Shown here: positions 1 to 12,298 of the stretch, piece by piece
Numbering within the stretch: the stretch's first letter is position 1
How the letters are laid out: every line of letters starts with the position of its first letter
Source of the DNA: Haliotis rufescens
Taxonomy: Eukaryota
Reading direction: 5' to 3'
Length of the DNA: 64,000 nucleotides
Assembly: GCF_023055435.1 (NCBI RefSeq)
Contig: NW_025963779.1
Span: 16,368,001 to 16,432,000 of the forward strand
The notes under the pieces: model-generated
What the model saw: only the letters and a program-made list of their open reading frames with translations
What the model was told of the DNA's origin: nothing
The model's database searches: none
Program-made: the position numbers and the translations under genes

Positions 1-408
1 CATCTGTATTTACATACGTATTGACGTTGGGATTGTGTATCTTATATCAAATTTTAAATTTTGGCATTCTGTCATCTTATGCATGATAAAAATTAACTTC
101 ATCAGGGTTGAGTCTGGCAAACAATTCTCATTTATTGCCGCCTGTTGTTAACATATCCATACATGTAAAGACTAGATGTATTACTCTCAAGTAGATTGAA
201 AAGTTTTCAGGTTCATGTGGAGTCAATGATTATGTGTGTCTGTGACACAAAAATATGTTAACTAACCTACATTATTGACATTAAGATTACAATGTCCCCA
301 TATCTGTTGACATAAGTTCAAGCTTCAATTATCTAATTTACATATGAATTAATGTCATCATTTGTTCTTTAATATTGGTTGATTGTGAACTGTCCCTCTT
401 TCCTGTCG

Positions 409-515
409 ACAAATACCCCAACCTGGCCGCCAACCGTGAACGTGTGAAGGACACATTGTGGCCCGACTGGGACCAGTGCATCACACACGGTTGAACAATG
501 GAGGCAACCAAGTAG
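409..515 (+). pseudogene. Dead terminal exon (exon 6) of an upstream FAXC-like paralog
   Basis: Reads KYPNLAANRERVKDTLWPDWDQCITHG*TMEATK*, a 107-nt match to exon 6 of the intact copies. The acceptor AG is mutated to CG (407-408), there is a premature TGA at 492-494, and the conserved YC is changed to NR. Confidence 0.85.
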
Positions 516-923
516 TAACTATTCCAGAGAGCTTTAATAGTTGTATTGGCATAATATGTATAATGTCATGAAATAAAGTTCTACATAAAGTATTGGGATC
601 AGACATGATTTACAATAATGGTTGTCAACTCGTTGTATGGACATGTATGTGCAGTAGCTATGATCTACTACGGTTGTGAAGTGAATTCAATATTTTCTAA
701 TTGGTACCAAAAAGCGGATTGTGTCTTATTGTGTCGGGGTTGAGGGAGGAGTGCCAGAGGGTAGCAACTTAGACTGGGAGAATACTTATTTTCGCTTTAC
801 TTTATGACATCCAAGTTCAGTCTCTGAAACGTAGAATTTTATTCTATCTTACAACACATGTTGTCATGCCACCAAGCATGTCCTGCGAAGTTAAACATGA
901 CATGTTAAGGAGGAGATGCGTAT

Positions 924-2897
924 TGGTAGTAACACGAAGTCCGGGGCCATACTGAACAATTTCATCCTGTAAATCATGTGAGGTAGGCGGGTAGTAACAC
1001 GAAGTCCAAGGCCATACTGAACAATTTCATCCTGTAAATCATGTCAGGTAGGTGGGTAGTAACACGAAGTCCAAGTCCATACTGAACAATAACATCCTGT
1101 AAATCATGTGAGGTAGTAATGCGAAGTATGTCCAAGGCCATACTGAACAATAACATCCTGTTAATCATGTGAGGTAGGTGGGTAGTAACGCGAAGTATGT
1201 CCAAGGTCATACTGAACAATAACATCCTGTAAATCATGTGAGGTAGTAATGCGAAGTATGTCCAAGGTCATACTGAACAATAACATCCTGTTAATCATGT
1301 GAGGTAGGTGGGTAGTATCGCGAAGTATGTCCAAGGTCATACTGAACAATAACATCCTGTAAATCATGTGAGGTAGTAATGCGAAGTATGTCCAAGATCA
1401 TACTGAACAATAACATCCTGTAAATCATGCGAGGAAGGCGGGTAGTAACACGAAGTCCAAGTCCATACTGAACAATAACATCCTGTAAATCATGTGAGGA
1501 AGGCGGGTAGTAACACGAAGTCCAAGGCCATACTGAACAATAACATCCTGTAAATCATGTGAGGTAGGCGGGTAGTAACGCGAAGTATGCCCAAGGCCAT
1601 ACTGAACAATAACATCCTGTAAATCATGTGAGGTAGGCGGGTAGTAACACGAAGTCCAAGTCCATACTGAACAATAACATCCTGTAAATCATGTGAGGTA
1701 GTAATGCGAAGTATGTCCAAGGCCATACTGAACAATAACATCCTGTTAATCATGTGAGGTAGGTGGGTAGTAACGCGAAGTATGTCCAAGGTCATACTGA
1801 ACAATAACATCCTGTAAATCATGTGAGGTAGTAATGCGAAGTATGTCCAAGGCCATACTGAACAATAACATCCTGTTAATCATGTGAGGTAGGTGGGTAG
1901 TAACGCGAAGTATGTCCAAGGCCATACTGAACAATAACATCCTGTAAATCATGTGAGGTAGTAATGCGAAGTATGTCCAAGGTCATACTGAACAATAACA
2001 TCCTGTAAATCATGCGAGGAAGGCGGGTAGTAACACGAAGTCCAAGACCATACTGAACAATTTCATCCTGTAAATCATGTGAGGTAGGTGGGTAGTAACA
2101 CGAAGTCCAAGGCCATACTGAACAATTTCATCCTGTAAATCATGTCAGGTAGGCGGGTAGTAACACGAAGTCCAAGTCCATACTGAACAATAACATCCTG
2201 TAAATCATGTGAGGTAGGTGGGTAGTAACGCGAAGTATGTCCAAGGCCATACTGAACAATAACATCCTGTAAATCATGTGAGGTAGGCGGGTAGTAACGC
2301 GAAGTATGTCCAAGGCCATACTGAACAATAACATCCTGTAAATCATGTGAAGTAGGCGGGTAGTAACACGAAGTCCAAGTCCATACTGAACAATAACATC
2401 CTGTAAATCATGTGAGGTAGTAATGCGAAGTATATCCAAGGCCATACTGAACAATAACATCCTGTTAATCATGTGAGGTAGGTGGGTAGTAACGCGAAGT
2501 ATGTCCAAGGTCATACTGAACAATAACATCCTGTAAATCATGTGAGGTAGTAATGCGAAGTATGTCCAAGGTCATACTGAACAATAACATCCTGTAAATC
2601 ATGCGAGGAAGGCGGGTAGTAACACGAAGTCCAAGTCCATACTGAACAATAACATCCTGTAAATCATGTGAGGTAGGCGAGTAGTAACGCGAAGTATGTC
2701 CAAGGCCATACTGAACAATAACATCCTGTAAATCATGTGAGGTAGGCGGGTAGTAACGCGAAGTATGTCCAAGGCCATACTGAACAATAACATCCTGTTA
2801 ATCATGTGAGGTAGGTGGGTAGTAACGCGAAGTATGTCCAAGGTCATACTGAACAATAACATCCTGTCAATCATGCGAGGTAGGTGGGTAGTAACGC
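924..2897. repeat. Minisatellite, about 30 units of 61/65/69 bp
   Basis: The core CATACTGAACAATAACATCCTGTAAATCATGTGAGGTAG recurs at 61, 65 or 69 bp spacing with no unique spacers. Confidence 0.97.
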
Positions 2898-3345
2898 TGC
2901 GACTCGTCACGCCGCTGACCAAGGTTCGATTCTACACATTGATACCATGTGTGGAGCCCATTCTTGTGTCCCCTGCTGTCAATATTGAATACTGCTTAAA
3001 GCGGCTTTAAACATACTCATTCATTAGCTGGATGTTCATGTCAATAATGTACATTGTTTGTGGCTCAGAAAAGGGACAAAGAAAGGCCATTACTCGTAAT
3101 AGCCACTGGTGGCGCTTCGATCGTGCCTGGAAAGTCCAGCCTAGTTCGGCCAGGGTTGAAACTGGACTTTTCTGGATAGGGCTTGACGTTACGTTTTGCT
3201 CTTCAGTACTGCTTTTGTGACTGAACATCATACTATTTCCTTATATTTAAAACAAATGCGAATAAAATATGTTACCAATAACACTATATCAAATTGTAAA
3301 GATTTACTATTTCTCTATCTTGTGCGATAAACACTGAGAATATAA

Positions 3346-3619
3346 CGGGTGGCCCAGTCGTCTAAGGCGCCGCGATTCGCTGTGGAGAGTTGCGTCACTT
3401 GGACACGCCAGAAACCTATGATTATGGGTTCGAATCCCGGTTCGCCCCGATTATGTGTCTAGGTTTGTCAGCACCATACCCGTACTCGTGGGTTTCACCG
3501 AAGTAGTAAACGTCTGAAACCTGCATCACTTCGGGCTTTCCTCCCACATTAAGCTGACACGCCGCGATATAACTGGAATACTGTTAAAAGCGGCGTTAAA
3601 CCCAACTCACTCACTCACT
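3346..3619 (+). mobile_element. tRNA-derived SINE, family 2 (V-domain-like centre)
   Basis: A-box-like GGTGGCCCAGTCGTCTAAGGCG, B-box GGTTCGAATCC, centre GTGGGTTT...GGCTTTCCTCCCAC, tail AAAAGCGGCGTTAAACCC(ACTC)n. Near-identical copies lie at about 26800 and 61124. Confidence 0.85.
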
Positions 3620-4338
3620 GTATAAGTCAGTTATGGCACCAGATGTTCACGTAAAGGGTAGAAATCGCTGCTCTCGCAGTTGGCACCAAACCATTTTCAC
3701 CTCCTCATAGACCTACCTTTAAGCATAGAACATGCCGTGAGGCGGGTGTCATAGTGAAAAATTGCATCCAGCGATGCCTTCTAATAATAATAAAGTACGG
3801 CAAATATCGCCCAGACTTCAAGTCCCCGATACAGTGTATGCTGTTTGAGGACATAATGTCCGCCAAGGACGCACAATTATCTTGAATTTCCAGGGTAGAA
3901 CATTGCAATCCAGGAACCGCTGTCTTACTTTACTTCGAACAATTATCGTATGCATATCCTGGTTTTAACACTGCATTAAATCGCAAATTGTGCCTAACGA
4001 CCAGCTGGATTTCGGAGTACAGCAAGCTAAAGACATCAACCATAGTTCTGCAACTAATCTTGAAAGTATTTGTGGTCTCATTTAGCATAAATAACATAAA
4101 TCTTACAAACTATCACCTAGTCACAGCTGCCAGCTTTCTCACTGCATACACTGTACATCAACTGATCCTGATTTGGTGTAGTGTGACCAACACGCCCAGT
4201 ATTACATCGCTCAACACTCAGATCCCTGTTCAACAAGACCTAGACCTGTCGGTAACCTTGATGGTTGTTATCTGGGTCTATGCTTATTGACAGCGCACTG
4301 CACAGTGACTTGCACATTAGGCTAACAGATCACCAGCA

Positions 4339-7300
4339 ATGGAGACTCTCATGGATGCCTTTAACGACCTGGACACATCACAGAAAGTATATGCTGTCGG
4401 AGGCGTTGTGGTAGCTGTCGTGTCGGTCGTCGCTCTCAGGAAACTGTTTTTCAAGTAAGTTGTCACGTATGAAAAGTTGGTCAACAGAACTTACTTGATA
4501 ATGTCACCAGTGACACGGCGATGCTGGTATTCTTAGCCAATATGCAGTAGGATAGACCTGCGTTTGTGTTTAATGTTAAGGAGCTCGATATTTAATTGTG
4601 CATGCTCAATTATCAATGCTTGTTTAGTTTGAAAACTTCGTTGAGCGGGGGAAAACAACAAAAAGATAATTATGCTTGAGAGGGCATACGCGTGAGACGG
4701 GAAAGAAGGGGGATGGATGATTAATTTAACAAATTGCTCTGTCATCTGTAAGAGACTTCATTTGTATGAATAACAATATCAGATTACTTTCCACGTGTCA
4801 ACAATGAGCGTCACGTTCATACACTGTAGTGCTGCCATCAAGTGTTCAATGTTAATGTTTTTGAACGATCGGAAACATCGTAATTAGAATCAACATTGTG
4901 GCTGCTTTTCGAATCAGTTTAATGGAATGCATGATCATTTTAGGTGTCGAATTATGCTAAGAACAGTTAGCACAACGGCCTTAAAATGTTCAACAATGAA
5001 CATAAATTTATAAACTGTATGTCGTATACTGACCACATCGATATACTTAAAGCTTGTTTTAAAGTTTATGTCTACGACATCTGACAGCTACCACCTGTAC
5101 ATTGATCTATTATTACATTGCTTAGTGAGACAAAAGCAAAGAAGGAGTATCCCCGAGATACAGTGATCCTTCATCAGATCGGTAGAGGTCCCTATGCCCC
5201 GAGCATGACGCCTTTTGCTGTGAAGCTGGAGACCTACCTCCGGATGGCCAGGATACCCTACCAGGTTGGTGAGTGAGTGAGTGAGTGAGTGAGTGTTGTT
5301 TCATACCGCAGTGAGCAATATTCAAGTATTGACACCGCGGACTGTACATGATCTAATATGTTCCAGGAAAGCAAGTGGTTGACTTCATGAGCAGCGATTC
5401 GTGTCCTCGCTGCATAATGACCGATTTGGTTTCATTACCCACGTGGTGAAGATAGAGGTAGTAAGATACTAAATCTGTACGTCACACGTGTGTCGTACAA
5501 GGCTGATCTAGTTTTATTTGTTTTGATTGGATAACCAACCTCGACCTCTGTCACAGGGAACTACTGTTTTCATTTGTTTTAAATCACGATACGTCATTCA
5601 CTTTCACAAAACTTTACGAGACAGAACTGAAGGAATTTCATGAAAACGAAACATTTACACTTTATTAAGCCAAATAAGATAGTCTATCTAAATTCTATAG
5701 TCATTCTATATTAGTTATGCATAGAGGTACTTCAGACATTGTATAATCGAGCTCTATCCATTTGCAATGTACTGCTACCGATCGATAGATTTAGGGTTCC
5801 TGTGAGAGTGACACACAACCACTTTCGCGACTTTCAATTTGATTTACCGTGACTAGCGCGGTGACATGAAGTCAATTTAAACTATCTGGACAGCTATCTA
5901 CTGGATGCTCCGGTTGTGCCATCAGTATCCCCTACGAAGCGTATTTTGTGGTGCTGTTCGGGAGGGTTGTTCATGAATGAACGTACAGACTGCTCGATCA
6001 GATCACTAAAAGTGAACATTTCAGATACACATCATTCGAAAACTCCGTGGATGTGTGCTTGGCTTGGCCCCAAACATCCCAAATGGGATTAATAACAAAC
6101 CCTCTCTCTATAGCCTAAAACCCCTGTGAGTAGATCACGGTCGTCTTTTCGTATTCCGATGGTGACCTTGCCCTTCGTTCGAAGCTGTCACTGACATGCA
6201 AGCTGACTTGAGCTTGTTGATTTTAGCGTCATCAGCATAGTGTCCCACAGTCAACATGAATGTCTTTAGAGTACACTCTGATTTCCCTCTTCCAACATTG
6301 ACCTGAAAGAACATACATTCACCTGATAGATCAAGGAAACCGAACCATTTTGATTGAAAAGCCGGGACCCCAGCGGTGCGATTGACCGATTGTTGGTCCG
6401 ATATTCAAAGCGCTGCGCTAATTTGACTTTTTAAATTTTCTCATATATGTCCTGAGCACAATAAACAATGCGCTTGAATTACCATAAGTTGACGACGTTC
6501 TTAAAGAAGGATCTTGAGCGTCGGTGTTGTTAATGCTTATACAAAGAATTGGCAACGATTGCCATACTAATATTTGGGCATATATCAATTATTTTATGCG
6601 CAACCAGTTTCAATTTGGTCTGATAACGAACGATAGTTATTTTGTATTTTCACTTAAATAGTAATAAATACATATCTAACGTGGGTAATAAATACAATAC
6701 CACAACCATTCCCGTCAGATACCATTTTTACGAAACTCGTGAACTTTCTATGGTCAGATACCATAGAAAGTCAACTCGTTTCGTAAAACTGATGTCTAAC
6801 GAGAATGAGTGTAGTATTCCCTATAGATCACACATTCTAGCCATACCCATATATCGGCTTTTACGATAATCATGAGGCACTGTGAGCCTTACTCATCAAA
6901 ACATGCACGGTTTCTATCTTGGCATTCCTATGGTATTTCACATTTGATCTGTAATCTTCCACACAGAACGTCCATGGGTTTACTGTGGCATCTAAAGGCA
7001 ATGTGCCCTGGATGGAGTGGACAGGAGGTGGCAGACTCGTTGTCAGATCAAAATGCATAAAATTCAAATGTTGAGTTATCTCAGTAGAGATTAAACATGA
7101 CAGTCCGTACACAGATCAGTTACCGGTAAGTTAAGCTTCTATTACGTTTATATTATATATTTTCAAGGAGTGAAAACGAGCCCGACGGAAAGGTTGTTTA
7201 TTTGCAATCCGAGATCCTTTAATTCATATTTAAACATCTCAATCCTACATTGAGTCATCCTTCACAGAACGTCCATGGCAGGCAGCGTTCATCCAAGGGC

Positions 7301-9930
7301 AAATTCCCCTGGATGGAGTACAATGGGCAGGGGGTAGCAGACTCGGACCTGTGCGTCAAATTCCTCAACCAGAAGCTGGGGATGGACCTCAACAGGGATC
7401 TGAATCCTGCTGACAGAGGTGTAGCTCAGGCAATGCAGGTCATGGCGGAGGAACACCTGTACTGGTGAGAAACAGGCAGTCATTTAGTCCTATTCAGCTC
7501 TGATCTGTCTGTCCATCGTAAACGAAATCACAAACCCTTGAAGCAAACACACAGCAAGCCTTTGAATAACCCCATCTACAGTGTCTCCAAGAGACTCATC
7601 ACTGTTCATCACTGCAGCCTTTAGTTATGTTCATGCAATTTGATATTGGGAATAACATTTCATGTTTTCCCGTATTTTCTACTTTTGCTGAGTCCAGCAA
7701 TGGTAACGCTAAAAACAATGGTGCAAAACCAAGGATCCTAATCAGGTCGAATCTGGGATTCGAACCCACAAAAAGCGGATCTCCTGAACATCGAATTATG
7801 GCGCCTTACTCAACAGTATACCGCTATTCACATGTACCACCCGGAGAGCGGAATGTCGATGGTTCGATCCCCTGACCGCGTCATACAGAAATACGTTAAT
7901 AGATATTAAGACTGGAGTTGGCATGTCGGTCGTCAAACAGTAAACAACCGCTACCAGCCCTGACTAGTACAAGGAGCTACACACGCGGACAGACACACGA
8001 ATATATACGTCCATATATAACGTAAATAGTCTTGAATGCGACGTTAAACACGAGGTCACCTCACATCACCATCTCTGAGATTAGCTACGTGCAATTTCAA
8101 AATTACTTTACCAGCATCTACGATATACCTGTATCTATATGAATGAAAAACACTATCGTTTCAGGATCCTTCGCCTCTTCCGATGGCAATATGACAACGA
8201 TAAATCTCTGTTAGTGAATGCATTTAAATTTGGGAAATTTATCATTTGGATGGTTCGACGAAAGGCTAAAAAGGACATATGGAGTCAAGGCTTGGGTCGA
8301 CACTCAGAAGGGGAGGTAACTGAGATGTTTAAGAAGGATCTACAATCTCTGTCCGACTTCATAGGTATGCAGAAGCTCCTACAATGTATACAGTATATAG
8401 ATTTCAGTTCCACATTTTTCAGGTGCCTTTGTATTATAAGGTGGGTGTATTAAAATGATATTCATTTATAATCCAAGGTTTGAAATTTGACAAAACTAAT
8501 AGGTTAATTGGCGAGCAGAGCTGCATGGAGGCAGAGAATAGGTCGCCACAGTCCATCTTCCCGCGGCAAAGGTGTTGACTGACTTTCTTATAAAGTCACA
8601 GACACAGAAGATGCCACAGTCAGGAACAAGATATCCTCGCTATATGGGAGTATGTAAACTGATGCAGGGTAGAAACAAAACGGGACAATTCCTGATAGGC
8701 GCCTGACTAAGTGTGCCTTACATAATGATATGACTTCCTTCTTCGATACAATGTGTAAAAGTCCATGGTATTCCGCGCTGATGTATGGCTTGACAGGGCT
8801 TGATTAACCCAACATAGCTAAATATATGTTATGCCTTCTGGGAGCTAGGCTTATTGGGGTTTTTTGTATACTCAATCAATTGCGAGAGTTTAAGATAGTA
8901 TTTAGATTTCGTGTTGACAGTGAGGTCCCAACGGGGATATGTCTTGCAATTATTCTTTTTGGTACCTGTCCTGTGGTTTGCTTTGTTTCAATACATTCAT
9001 CAGTCCACACATGCGGTTGTTCCAGGGACGAAGAAGTTCCTGATGGGGGACGAGCCCTGTGAAACTGACTGTGCGGTGTTCGGTCAGCTGTCACAGTTCT
9101 ACTGGCAGTTCATAGGAACTGGGCACGATACCATCATTAAGGGCAAGTACCTTTAGATACATCACCAATACTTCACGTGAAGATCCGGGATAGAATAGGT
9201 CTTCAGCAACCCATACTTGCCGTAAAAGGCGACTATGCTTGTCGTAAGAGGCGACTAACGGGATCGGGTGGTCAGGCTCGCTGATTTGGTTGGTTCACGT
9301 CATCATGTCCCAATTACGTGGATCGATGCTCATAATATCAATCACTGGATTGTCTGGTCCAGACTCGATAATTGCAGCCTGTTGTAAACATATCCATACA
9401 TGTATAACAGACGGGATGTGTTTCTCTTCAGTGCATTGAAGTTTAATTTAATTAATTTCATGTTGATTCAATGATAATAAAAACTGTGACAACAAAATAA
9501 ATCCAACAACCTGCATATTATAGCATTTAGATTTTGAACGTCCTGGTGTCCCGTTATTCCAAATTTAACATGCGATATTATGTATTCTATTTCAGGTCTA
9601 AACTTCATCTCCTGAATGCTCTTATCTATTGGAATAGATTCGATTGGTTGATTGGTTGATTATGAACTTTCCTCTTTCCCCCGTAGACATATAAGATGTG
9701 ATATTTGGTATTCAACTTACCTGAATGCTTTTGAATGAAAATTATCTAATTTACATATGAATTATTGTTATCATTTGTTGTTGAATATTGATATATTTTT
9801 AAACGTTCCTTTTTTTCTCCTAGACAAATACCCCAACCTGGCCGCCTACTGTGAACGTATGAAAGACTCATTCTGGTCCGACTGGGACCAGTGCATCACA
9901 CACGGTGGGACAAGGGAGGCTACCAAGTAG
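4339..9930 (+). CDS. FAXC: Failed axon connections homolog (metaxin/GST-fold), copy 1, 6 exons, 291 aa
   Basis: Exons 4339-4454, 5126-5264, 7268-7464, 8165-8364, 9026-9142 and 9824-9930 join into an open 876-nt frame. It encodes an N-terminal hydrophobic anchor (VYAVGGVVVAVVSVVAL) followed by [71 protein letters not shown] and YPNLAAYCERMK..W.DWD. Intron 5 has a GC donor. Confidence 0.9.
6967..7040 (+). pseudogene. Degenerate tandem duplicate of FAXC exon 3 (pseudo-exon)
   Basis: cag|AAC GTC CAT GGG TTT ACT GTG GCA TCT AAA GGC AAT GTG CCC TGG ATG GAG reads NVHGFTVASKGNVPWME, then a frameshifting deletion precedes GQEVADS. It lies 301 bp upstream of the real exon 3. Confidence 0.8.
9176..9372 (+). 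mobile_element. Dispersed SINE-like repeat, family 4
   Basis: GTGAAGATCCGGGATAGAATAGGTCTTCAGCAACCC...GCTTGTCGTAAGAGGCGACTAACGGGATCGGGTGGTCAGGCTCGCTGA. Related copies lie near 19780, 30780, 31750, 37280, 45940, 47790, 52140, 54750 and 59020. Confidence 0.75.
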
Positions 9931-10974
9931 TAACCGGAGATCCCCTCTCTTATGGGGGAGTGATGGAGGGTGGCAGCTTTGACTGAGAGAATACTTTTTC
10001 GCTTTTTGGGACACTGCTTTATGACGTATAAAACACCTAATACATATTTTTGTATTGCAAAACATTTTGTAAGCCAGCAAGCATGTCCAGCGAAGTTCAA
10101 CATAGGATGTGAAGGATGAGATGCGTATTGGTTTTAACACTAAGTATGTACAGGGACTTCCATTACGATGAGATCACATGAGGTAGACGGGTTGTAAGGC
10201 TGTGACTCCAGTGGTCGCTGACCAAGGTCCGATTACATACATTGATACAAATTATTGTGTTCCCCGCTGTCAATATTGAATATTGTTCAAAGCGGCCTTA
10301 AACATATACACTCATTCATCCGCTCGATTTTCGTGGCATGTCAATAATGTACATTGTGTGTGTCTCTGATATAAGTATTGCTTCGTTTAAAATATAATGT
10401 GTTCTTTGTCATCGGATTCCTGTTTGTTGAAACCCACAGTGAGTTAGAGTGTTGTAGGGTCATTTGCGTTGCTGTTGTTGAATGCATGTGATTGCTTCCG
10501 TCAATCTAACTTGAGAATCCAACTTACGGCTGTCGATACGACCGCGAGGCAATACTCTTGTCGGGTCGCGCGCTCGACATTGTTTGAATAACAGATCTGA
10601 CTTATTTACTTGTACTTGAGGCAGGAACAAGTATCTATAGCCCACGCTTGTTAGAACACCAACAACTATATTGAGAGACAGAGAGACAGAGAGAGAGAGA
10701 CAGAGGTCTATATGTACCCTTCTCTGAGAACCGCATCCGTTGTGTATTGGATAGAGCATATACCCGGAGAGCGGAAGGTCCAAAATAACGTTAAGAAATG
10801 GTACTTAGTGTTACCCTGATTAGCACTCGGCATTAAGAGGATAAAAGAAAGACTGGTCTGCTCGGAATGACTCTGACTGTATCACAAGTATCAAATCAGG
10901 ACTGATACCAGCAGCCACAAATACACATGCATGCACGCGGGCTTGTGATCGAAATATGTCGAACGCGTCATTAA

Positions 10975-11341
10975 GGTGAGGTGAAATGGGGTTAACGTCA
11001 CATCCAAGATTATTTCTCTTATATAGCGATGTGCATGCACGTGTGTGTGTGTGTGTGTGTGGGTGGGGGGGGGGGGGGGGGGGGGGGGGGGGTGTTTGTA
11101 CTAGTCCGGACTGATTTATAGTGCTAACCCACTGAGATGCCATACCGCAGTTTAACATGAATACCCAACTCAGACACAGTATACTGACTCCGAGTTGACC
11201 AGTCCTTGTTTAAGCCCCTTAATGCCGAGCGCCAGACAAGGTAACATCAAGTACCATCTTTTAACGTCTTCAGGTATGACGCGGCCGGGGATCGAACCCC
11301 GGACCTTCCACTCTCCGGGCGGACGCTAGACCACGGAGGCG
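10975..11341 (-). mobile_element. tRNA-derived SINE, family 3, nested in an older opposite-strand copy of the same family
   Basis: Reverse complement of the 20484-20834 element, flanked by the direct repeat GTCGAACGCG(T/A)CATTAA at 10958-10974 and 11342-11358. Contains a (GT)n/(G)n tract at 11041-11092. Confidence 0.85.
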
Positions 11342-12298
11342 GTCGAACGCGACATTAATCCCCATTTCACCTTACACCACCATCTGCAAGATTAGCTGCG
11401 TATATCTACACTACAATTTCTTTCATCTTTTACTGGGAACTTCATGTATTCGTAAATAAATAACACTGTCATTTCAGGATTGTCGTCATCAACCGATGGC
11501 AATTTGACAACGACAAATCTTTTATAATTAATTCACTTAAAATAGGAAGATTTACCACTTCGATGTTTAAACGAAAGTATAAAAACCAACCATGGAATCA
11601 GGGTTTGGGCCGACACACAGAAGGGGAGATAACTATGATGTTTAAGAAGGATCTACAATCCCTCTCCGACTTTATAGGTATGCAGATGTTTTAAGTATAC
11701 GTGCAATTAATACGTTTTATAGATTCATTTAAGTTTATTTCAGTTACACTGGTATGCTCCAATAGGCGTATATGATAATGATAAATCATTGCCAGTCAAA
11801 GGTTTGAAAATTAAAAAATTGTTTAGATTTGAAACTTTATGTTTCTTTTATATTTAGCCTTGACAGGTTATTGATAGAAGATTCTGGTTCAAAGGGAGAT
11901 ACTGTCACTGCAGTGTAATGAGATAGTAAGGTAGGATTTGTAATTGTATCATGACAGTTCTGGGTGTAAATATCTGTTAATCGTAGACTATATATAACTA
12001 TATAACTTAATGTATATCATGGTTTATCATCACTGACTTCCAATGCAATACAGACAAGTGGAAATCCGTAAGAGAAATGAAAATAGCGTATTTCTGATGT
12101 TCAGTTTGTTATCCACTTTCATCCAATTTCCGAAGCATTAATATAACAGTGATGGGGATGTCTAGATCTGTACTCATTCATTGTTAATAATCAAATCCAA
12201 TATTAACCAACTCTCATCTGAGTAGATGCAGACAATGACCTCCTGCGTCACCAAGGATAGATTTGTCAGCGGCAAATTCGCAGAAATCGCATGATGTA

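Noticed and set aside
924-2897. CRISPR-like array or coding repeats (MIYRMLLFSM ORFs)
   Set aside because: Units are contiguous with no unique spacers, there are no cas genes, and the context is eukaryotic. The ORFs are by-products of the repeat.
5980-6320. YqaJ-like nuclease relic on the minus strand (GFVINP..LGPS, LKCS)
   Set aside because: Needs several assumed frameshifts; too degenerate to support without a profile search.
9670-9690. Alternative acceptor CCCCGTAG|AC upstream of exon 6
   Set aside because: A truncated duplicate of the acceptor; use in the exon 6 frame gives D-I-stop immediately.
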